This document shows positions 57,605-64,000 of a stretch of 64,000 bases of DNA, piece by piece. The position numbers and the translations under genes were made by a program. Origin of the DNA: Treponemataceae bacterium (GTDB lineage Bacteria; Spirochaetota; Spirochaetia; Treponematales; Rectinemataceae). Position 1 is the stretch's first letter, and every line of letters begins with the position of its first letter. The stretch spans positions 608,001 through 672,000 of the forward strand of contig CAXXVZ010000004.1 in assembly GCA_963678065.2 (NCBI GenBank), given 5' to 3'. A model generated the notes under the pieces. That model worked only from the letters and a program-made list of their open reading frames with translations. It was not told the DNA's origin and searched no databases.

Positions 57605-58414
57605 TTAGGGAAGAGGAGTGAACGTGAAACTGTCGATCACGACCTCCGCGGGAAGCCCGCGGGAGGGGGCCACTCCCCCGTCCATCAGGTAGAAGTTCAT
57701 ATGGACCTTTTCGTCCCCGGGGACGGGAATCGTGGCCGCGTCCGTGAAACTCCACCGCGCGATCACATCTGCACTGTCGTCCGGAGGAAGGCCACGCGCC
57801 TGTGTCCAGGAAACGAAATCGACCCTGTCCGGCTTCCAGACGAGGCGGTGGGTCGTCGTGCCGGTCGCAAGGGAGAGGGGAAAAGTCTTGATGTGCCCGG
57901 ACTTCGTGTAGGGCTGGACGACGAACTGCCCCCTGTCGGTGTAGTCGGGATCATTCCAGGCGGAAAACTCGATATCCATTTCCCTGTGGCGGTACGCAGA
58001 TGAATCTCCGTAGGTAAAAAGGCCGAGCACGACGGAAGGATCCATGTCCGCCAAGGCCGAGTCGACGCGCCACTCGTAGGTCCCGTAGCCGAAGCTTCTC
58101 GCGGAGAACAGTTCCGCCGCGTACCAGAGGCCGTCGGACTCATGTATCGCGAGGTGCAGCCGACCTTGATCGTCGATCCGCACCGAGTCCTCCGTCGTCC
58201 CGAAGTAATTGTCCAGAGGCCCGGTCGGCTCGTCCGATCCCCGGACAGTCCAGACAGCGCCCGACCAGAGGAGCCTGCCATCAGGAAGGAGTTCGGCGGA
58301 TGGTGCGCAGGATGTCATGGCCAGGGACACAAAGGCAATCGGGATGAGAAAAAGCCAGAGACGATGTACGGGAAACCGATCATGTGCCGGCCGCGGGGCG
58401 TAGGCGGAAATCAT
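57605..58414 (-). CDS. GH16-like glycoside hydrolase, lipoprotein (paralog of the adjacent gene)
   Basis: Lipobox-like AMTS-C, FGYGTYEW, EMDIE motif; start uncertain, and the ORF-track extension to 58495 runs into the IS. Confidence 0.72.
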   Translation of the reverse strand: MISAYAPRPAHDRFPVHRLWLFLIPIAFVSLAMTSCAPSAELLPDGRLLWSGAVWTVRGSDEPTGPLDNYFGTTEDSVRIDDQGRLHLAIHESDGLWYAAELFSARSFGYGTYEWRVDSALADMDPSVVLGLFTYGDSSAYRHREMDIEFSAWNDPDYTDRGQFVVQPYTKSGHIKTFPLSLATGTTTHRLVWKPDRVDFVSWTQARGLPPDDSADVIARWSFTDAATIPVPGDEKVHMNFYLMDGGVAPSRGLPAEVVIDSFTFTPLP

Positions 58415-58422
58415 TATTTCAG

Positions 58423-59817
58423 GAGGCTTTTTCAAAACTTCGTAATCCGCTTTGTAAAAAAGCGAGTTATTGTAACTGAAGCTTCGTTTTTGCACAGTAA
58501 AAATTACATGTGCAGTAAAAAGGGCTCTCTTTTCAGTGCAAAAGATGGACTACCCCTACAAAATCCGGTTCTGCCGGATTGCCCGGTTACGATTTCTGCA
58601 GTTCGGGAAGGATGAAGTACTGCAAAGCCTTGACGGCCGCCAGAACCACTACCCCGCACATGAGCAGGAATGATACTTTCTCAAATCCCCGTACAAATAT
58701 CTGACCCGGTATGAGCCAATCCTTCAAATGCGAGTTTGCACGTTCAACCGTTGTCCTGATTGTGTACCGCTCCTTCTGTGACGGCGAAAATGGTTCCCGT
58801 TCCGTCCCACGACGCGTATTCCGATCAATCAGCGGAACACGCCCACGTCCCTGGATATAGGTCGCGATGGGATCCGCATCGTATGCAGCGTCCATGACTG
58901 AATACAGATGTCGGACCTTTTTCTCTGTTATCTTTTCCAGAGGAATCGCTACTTGCGAATCATGAACATTGGCGCCGGTTACGACTGCTGAAATAGGGAA
59001 TCCTGTGTCGCTGACATCAAGGTGCAACTTGTATCCTTTCCATGTTTCCCTATTCCCCTGGCTGTTCTTCTTGCATCCCCATGCACAGTCTTTGGATAGT
59101 TCTGACAAGGATTTCCTGACGCTTTGGCCGACTTGCTTTTCTATCTGTGTCGGCTCCTTCACAGGCCGAACTTCTCCTTTTCGGGGACGACCTCGTTTCC
59201 GTTGCGGTGTCACGGAAGAAACAGCTTCACGTTTGGCAGGTACAGGTTTTTCTCGTGCTCGTATCTCCGTCGCATCCCGATTTATGTGTCCGACGATATG
59301 GCCGTCATGACAATCCTTCACCATGGTATTCAAAGTCTGAATCAGCGGAGTCTTTTTTGAAAACTCCGCGTAGCGACGCGAAAAGGTCGCAGAGCTTGGA
59401 ACGGAGGTGAAGCCGCATATCCTCCGCAGATTCGGATCGTTGATCAGCCTGTTCCTAAGGTCCGTGACTGTCGCTATGTGGAATACCGTTCGGGCGAAAA
59501 ACGCCCGCATGATCGGTTCGTTCCGATGTGGAGGACGGCCAGTCCGTGCACATGGTGATGTAATCCGTGGCTGAGCATCTTCAATGACTCTGAGCAGGGC
59601 GATAAAAAAGCGATGCTCGTCGGTGAGATATTCTTCGAAACATCGCTGGATATCGTAGGAAATCGGCAAAAGTATTTGCGCTCCGCCCAGTATTTCTGGT
59701 ATGGTTTTCATCAGCGGGGGCTCCTCCTGGTGACGTTTGTGTTGCAACATCATCATACAGGTTCTGTCCCCGCTTTTCATTAAAATTCGTTCATCTCATG
59801 ACTTTTGAAAGAGCCTC
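58423..59817 (-). mobile_element. Complete insertion sequence (IS5/IS1182-like DDE), 1395 bp
   Basis: 17-bp imperfect terminal IRs GAGGCT(T/C)TTTCAAAA(C/G)T at 58423-58439 and 59801-59817; TCAG duplicated at 58419-58422 and 59818-59821; visibly more AT-rich than its flanks. Confidence 0.9.
58587..59711 (-). CDS. DDE transposase
   Basis: VPSSATFSR, DAT, GYKLHL, ANVHDS, MDAAYD, Y..R..VER.NS.LK; SD AGGAGG. Confidence 0.92.
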   Translation of the reverse strand: MKTIPEILGGAQILLPISYDIQRCFEEYLTDEHRFFIALLRVIEDAQPRITSPCARTGRPPHRNEPIMRAFFARTVFHIATVTDLRNRLINDPNLRRICGFTSVPSSATFSRRYAEFSKKTPLIQTLNTMVKDCHDGHIVGHINRDATEIRAREKPVPAKREAVSSVTPQRKRGRPRKGEVRPVKEPTQIEKQVGQSVRKSLSELSKDCAWGCKKNSQGNRETWKGYKLHLDVSDTGFPISAVVTGANVHDSQVAIPLEKITEKKVRHLYSVMDAAYDADPIATYIQGRGRVPLIDRNTRRGTEREPFSPSQKERYTIRTTVERANSHLKDWLIPGQIFVRGFEKVSFLLMCGVVVLAAVKALQYFILPELQKS

Positions 59818-59863
59818 TCAGGATATCGACAATCAACCCGGTCCAGCAATGACCAGCGCCGGA

Positions 59864-60844
59864 TCAGGGACGGAGGCTTAAGGTACGACTGTCGGTCGCA
59901 CGGTGGCAGGCGCAGAAGTGGCGATCCCCCAGTTCACGCATGGCCGGCTCCTCGCGCCTGCAGATGTCGAGGGCCAAGGCGCATCTCGTGTGGAACCGAC
60001 AGCCTGAAGGAGGAGAGACAGGAGAAGGCGCGTCTCCCTCGAGGAGAATTCTCTCTCCCTGCCGGTCCGGGTCAGGGACAGGGATGGCCGACAGCAGGGC
60101 CTGCGTGTAGGGGTGCAGCGGCCGGGCGAAGAGTTCACGCTTGTCGGCCAGCTCCACGATCTTGCCCAGGTACATGACGCAGATCCTGTCCGAGATGTGC
60201 TTCACGACCGAGAGGTCGTGGGCGATGAAGAAGTAGGTGAGGCCGCAGGTCCGCTGCAGATCCTTCAAGAGGTTTATGATCTGGGCCTGTATGGACACGT
60301 CGAGCGCGGAGACAGGCTCGTCGCAGATGATGAGCCTCGGCTCCACCGCCAGGGCGCGGGCGATCCCGATCCGCTGGCGCTGCCCGCCAGAGAACTCGTG
60401 TGGGTAGCGGTCGGCGTGCGTGGCGTCAAGACCGACCATCTTCAGAAGCTCCTGTACCCTCGGCTTCAGAGCCTTCCGACCCGCGAGGCGGTGCACTATG
60501 AGAGGCTCGCCGATGATCTCGCCCACCGTCATCCTCGGGTCGAGCGAGGCGAAGGGGTCCTGGAAAACAATCTGGACCTTTCGTCTGAAGGCCTTCATCT
60601 CGCTCTTCGGAATGCCGAATATCTCCCTGCCCTCGAAGCGGGCCGAGCCCGAACTCGGCTCCTCCAGCCGCATCAACACCTTGCCGGTGGTCGACTTTCC
60701 GCAGCCGGACTCACCCACCATGCCGAGCGTCTCGCCTTCGAGAATATCGAAGGAGATACCATCCACCGCCTTCACGGAGCCGGCCGGAGACGGGAAATGC
60801 TTCACCAGATCCTTGACTTCCAGTATTGCGTCCCGCTTCGCCAT
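59864..60844 (-). CDS. oppF: Oligopeptide/dipeptide ABC ATPase (OppF-like)
   Basis: [31 protein letters not shown]. Confidence 0.9.
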   Translation of the reverse strand: MAKRDAILEVKDLVKHFPSPAGSVKAVDGISFDILEGETLGMVGESGCGKSTTGKVLMRLEEPSSGSARFEGREIFGIPKSEMKAFRRKVQIVFQDPFASLDPRMTVGEIIGEPLIVHRLAGRKALKPRVQELLKMVGLDATHADRYPHEFSGGQRQRIGIARALAVEPRLIICDEPVSALDVSIQAQIINLLKDLQRTCGLTYFFIAHDLSVVKHISDRICVMYLGKIVELADKRELFARPLHPYTQALLSAIPVPDPDRQGERILLEGDAPSPVSPPSGCRFHTRCALALDICRREEPAMRELGDRHFCACHRATDSRTLSLRP

Positions 60845-61908
60845 CACGCTATCCCTCCGTCCGCCGCCACGCCGCCGGCCGCCGCTCCACCCCGGGCTGC
60901 ATCCGCGGCGACAGTCGCGGCTGTTGTCGCGTTCCAGCACGCCACCGCGCGTCTGTCGCCGTCAAAGGCCACCAGGGGCGGGACCTCCGCCCTGCACCGC
61001 TGTGTCGCCCGGACGCAGCGCGGGCAGAAGGCGCAGCCAGAGGGCATCTCCAGCTGGTTGGGCACCACACCCTCGATCGCCTTGAGCCGCTCGCGCTCGT
61101 CGTCGATCCGCGGTATGGATTCGAGAAGCCCGACCGTGTAGGGGTGCCGCGCGTCCTTGAAGATGTTTCTGACGTCGGCCTTCTCCACGATCTTCCCCGC
61201 GTACATGACGATAACGTCGTCGGCGAGTCCCGCCACCACCCCTAAGTCGTGCGTGATGAGGATGATCGAGGCGCCGAACTCCGAGCGCATCTTCTTCATG
61301 AGGTCGATTATCTGGGCCTGTATGGTCACGTCGAGCGCCGTGGTGGGCTCGTCGGCGATGAGGAGCTTCGAGTTGCAGGACAGGGCCATGGCGATCATGA
61401 CCCGCTGACGCATGCCGCCAGAGAGTTGGTGGGGGTAGGAGTTCAGGCGCTTCTCGGGCATCGGGATTCCGACGCGGGCAAGCATCTCGACTGCCTTCCT
61501 CCTGGCCGCGGCCGCGCCGATATCCTGGTGCAGGAGGATCGCCTCGGCGATCTGCGCGCCCACCGTCATGATGGGGTTCAGGCTCGTCATGGGTTCCTGG
61601 AAGATCATGGAGATATGGTTACCTCTGATGGCCCGCATCTGCTTCTCGCTCTTGCCGAGCAGGTCCTCGCCCTCGAAGACGATGCTGCCGCTCACGATCT
61701 TGCCAGGGGGGTTGGGGATGAGGCGCATGATCGACAGGGAGGCGACGCTCTTTCCGCAGCCCGATTCCCCCACGATGCCGAGCGTTTTGCCCCTTCCGAG
61801 CTCGAAGCCGATCCCGTCCACGGCCTTGACGACGCCTTCCTCCGTCCTGAAGTGCGTTCTCAAGTCCCTCACTTCCAGCAAATTCTCCGCCACACTCCCC
61901 TCCATCAT
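60844..61908 (-). CDS. oppD: Oligopeptide/dipeptide ABC ATPase (OppD-like)
   Basis: [30 protein letters not shown]. Confidence 0.9.
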   Translation of the reverse strand: MMEGSVAENLLEVRDLRTHFRTEEGVVKAVDGIGFELGRGKTLGIVGESGCGKSVASLSIMRLIPNPPGKIVSGSIVFEGEDLLGKSEKQMRAIRGNHISMIFQEPMTSLNPIMTVGAQIAEAILLHQDIGAAAARRKAVEMLARVGIPMPEKRLNSYPHQLSGGMRQRVMIAMALSCNSKLLIADEPTTALDVTIQAQIIDLMKKMRSEFGASIILITHDLGVVAGLADDVIVMYAGKIVEKADVRNIFKDARHPYTVGLLESIPRIDDERERLKAIEGVVPNQLEMPSGCAFCPRCVRATQRCRAEVPPLVAFDGDRRAVACWNATTAATVAADAARGGAAAGGVAADGGIA

Positions 61909-61982
61909 CCGCCCCTTCAATCCATCCGCCGATGCGACGCGCTTCCCCTCCAAACCCGTGACCTGCATGGTTCGGGCGGCTT

Positions 61983-63332
61983 TCAGAGCCTGAGCCCGCC
62001 GAGGACGGCCAGGAGGACGCCGTACTGGATCTGGACGAGGTCGCGAATCGCCACGGTCCCGTAGTCGAGAGCTTCCCCGATCCCGTCCATCAACGAGTCG
62101 ATCCTCGCGTCCAGCTTCCGGTACGCCTCGTCGATGCCGGCGTCGTATTCCTTGGTCAGCTGCGCCTTCAGCGCCCTGCGATACATCGAGATGATGAGCC
62201 CCTGGTAGAACGGACTTATGTATAGGGCGTGCGCCTCCTGGGCCACCGTCGCCTCCTGGGCCATAATCTCGGTGGACATCGCCCAGGCCCTCTCCCCGTC
62301 CTGCCGCTTCAGGATCTGCTCTATGAACGACGCCGAAGCGTCGCGGAACACGGACTCCGCGGTCAGGCGCGGCAAGGTCGCGTCCACGATCTCCTTCGCG
62401 AAGGTCAGGAGCTCGCGGGAGCGCTCCAGTCCCTCCAGGACCACTTCGCCGCGCTTCCTGTCCACCGGCCTCGTGTCGCTTATCTTGGCGGTCTTGAAGT
62501 AGGGCACCTCGGCGATGAGGGTGAAGGGTTTGCTCACCGTCTCCGCGTAGTCCCTGCTGGACCCGCCGCCGAACATGTACTGGGCGGGGTCCCCGGGGGA
62601 AAACTTCTCGAAGTAGTCGTAGGCGTCGCTCGCGAGGTTGGTGGCGTAGACCGCCGGGTACAGCTCCTTGCAGTAGGGTGCCTCAGGCTCCCCTAAGGAG
62701 AGGGGCAGGCCGCGCTCGGTGGGCAGGCGGTGGAAGTCGGCGTAGGCCGCCTCGAGGGGCCGCGAGATGTAGTAGTAGGCCCCTCCGAAACCCGAGTTGT
62801 GCAGCGAGTACATGACTGCGGGGCGGGCGATGTCGATCGCCCTCATGAGCGCCTTCGTCTCGGGGATCGGCTTGTCGAACTTGAAGGTTTTGTATTCAAT
62901 GGGGAAGGTCCATTCGGCCTGGTCGTCGCCCTTCGGTCTGTAGAATTCGCGCGCGTAGTTTCTGAGTGTGTAGGGACCTTTGAACCATCCCTCGTTGCGC
63001 CGCGTCCCGTCGGGGTCGATGCAGGGAACGATGTGCCACGTCCTGCCCTCACACAGCTCGGGGCAGGCCACGAGCTCGTCCAGGAGGAAGTACGCCATCA
63101 TCGCGCCGATCGGCTCGTTCGGGTGCGGCGAGGCGAAGAGGAGGATGGAGGTGGGGCCGTTCCCGATCGTCACCATGGGAATCTTCTCCCCATTCTTGGA
63201 TTCGCCGACGTAGGCTAGGCTGCAGAGCCCAGGCTTCGCCGTCGCCACGCGCCCGGCGTGGGCGTAGAGTTCGTCGGTCCCGTAGAATTCGGTGAAGGCC
63301 GGCACGCGGGAAAGTCGTTCGTCTATAGTCAC
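61983..63332 (-). CDS. M14 family zinc carboxypeptidase
   Basis: HPNEP (HxxE), DPDG, SLHN, EVPY motifs. Confidence 0.8.
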   Translation of the reverse strand: MTIDERLSRVPAFTEFYGTDELYAHAGRVATAKPGLCSLAYVGESKNGEKIPMVTIGNGPTSILLFASPHPNEPIGAMMAYFLLDELVACPELCEGRTWHIVPCIDPDGTRRNEGWFKGPYTLRNYAREFYRPKGDDQAEWTFPIEYKTFKFDKPIPETKALMRAIDIARPAVMYSLHNSGFGGAYYYISRPLEAAYADFHRLPTERGLPLSLGEPEAPYCKELYPAVYATNLASDAYDYFEKFSPGDPAQYMFGGGSSRDYAETVSKPFTLIAEVPYFKTAKISDTRPVDRKRGEVVLEGLERSRELLTFAKEIVDATLPRLTAESVFRDASASFIEQILKRQDGERAWAMSTEIMAQEATVAQEAHALYISPFYQGLIISMYRRALKAQLTKEYDAGIDEAYRKLDARIDSLMDGIGEALDYGTVAIRDLVQIQYGVLLAVLGGLRL

Positions 63333-63343
63333 GGTGTCACTCC

Positions 63344-64000
63344 CTATTTGAGCTGTCTGGAGAGGCGAGGGTCGAGCGTATCGCGCAACGCATCCCCTAT
63401 GAAGTTGAAGCTGAGCACGACGAGAAAAATGCAGAGCCCCGGCCAGAGGATCATGTTGGAGTTGAGGAGGATGTAGTCCTTACCCTCGTTCACCATCGAG
63501 CCCCACTCAGGCGTCGGCGGCTGTACGCCGAAACCGAGGAAGCCGAGCGCGGCCGAGGAGAGTATCGCCCCGGGTATACCCAGAGTCGCTTGCACGATGA
63601 TGGGCGTGATCGTGTTGGGCATGATGTGCCTGAAGATGATCCGCGCGTCGCTGCAGCCCGTGGCCCGGGCGGCCTGGATGTACTCGATCTTCCTCAGCGA
63701 GAGCACCTGCGCCCTCACGAGCCTGGCGTAGCTGGGCCAGTGCACGAGACCGAGCACCCACATGACGTTGAATATGCTCGGCCCCAGGATGGCCATCACC
63801 GCGATGACCAGTATGAGGAAGGGGAAGGAGTAGAAGACCTCGACGAGCCGCATCACGGTGAAGTCCACCCAGCCGCCGTAGTAGCCCGAAAGAAGGCCGA
63901 GCACCGTCCCGACGACGGCGGCCAGCGCGACCACGACGATGCCGATGAGGAGCGAGATGCGGGCCCCGTACGCGAGGCGGGAGAAGGTGTCGCGCCCGAA
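63344..64000 (-). CDS. oppC: Oligopeptide ABC permease (OppC-like; 5' end runs off the window)
   Basis: GRDTFSRL.YGARISL, EYIQAARATG, RHIMPN, PEWG, GDALRD.LDPR; frame open to the window edge. Confidence 0.9.
   Translation of the reverse strand, partial: FGRDTFSRLAYGARISLLIGIVVVALAAVVGTVLGLLSGYYGGWVDFTVMRLVEVFYSFPFLILVIAVMAILGPSIFNVMWVLGLVHWPSYARLVRAQVLSLRKIEYIQAARATGCSDARIIFRHIMPNTITPIIVQATLGIPGAILSSAALGFLGFGVQPPTPEWGSMVNEGKDYILLNSNMILWPGLCIFLVVLSFNFIGDALRDTLDPRLSRQLK

Overview
GC-rich bacterial chromosomal window, probably from a free-living anaerobic spirochaete (inferred from spirochaete-style lipoproteins and gene content, not proven). From left to right: a tungstate uptake and pterin-cofactor operon (tupABC-moeA-moaA-moaC-MOSC); Hsp33; a GNAT protein; a lipoprotein; a secreted protein with three LCCL domains; MATE, macrodomain, TfoX-N and VOC genes; an internally deleted DNA-alkylation-repair gene; a GntR-controlled tctC-M19 dipeptidase-UroD-like-tctBA catabolic cassette; a rubrerythrin-VIT1 exporter; a membrane-anchored upstream ORF ending in a RAPP ribosome-arrest motif in front of an ammonium transporter; a cobalamin-riboswitch-controlled cobamide salvage and remodelling operon (btuFCD-cobU-cbiR-cobT-cobS-cobD/cobQ fusion-cbiB) directly downstream of a Cys-rich MarR-hgcA-hgcB mercury-methylation operon; an etfBA-FAD oxidase-tetR operon; a diguanylate cyclase; a pectin/galacturonan utilisation locus (GH4, GH105, ABC transporter, two-component system, CE8, two GH16-like genes); a complete IS with 4-bp target duplication; and an opp operon with an M14 peptidase. 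The best candidates for undescribed biology are the RAPP uORF-amt module, the MarR-controlled hgcAB operon next to the B12 salvage genes, and the TTT/M19/UroD-like cassette. All family calls come from motif recognition by eye; no database searches were run.
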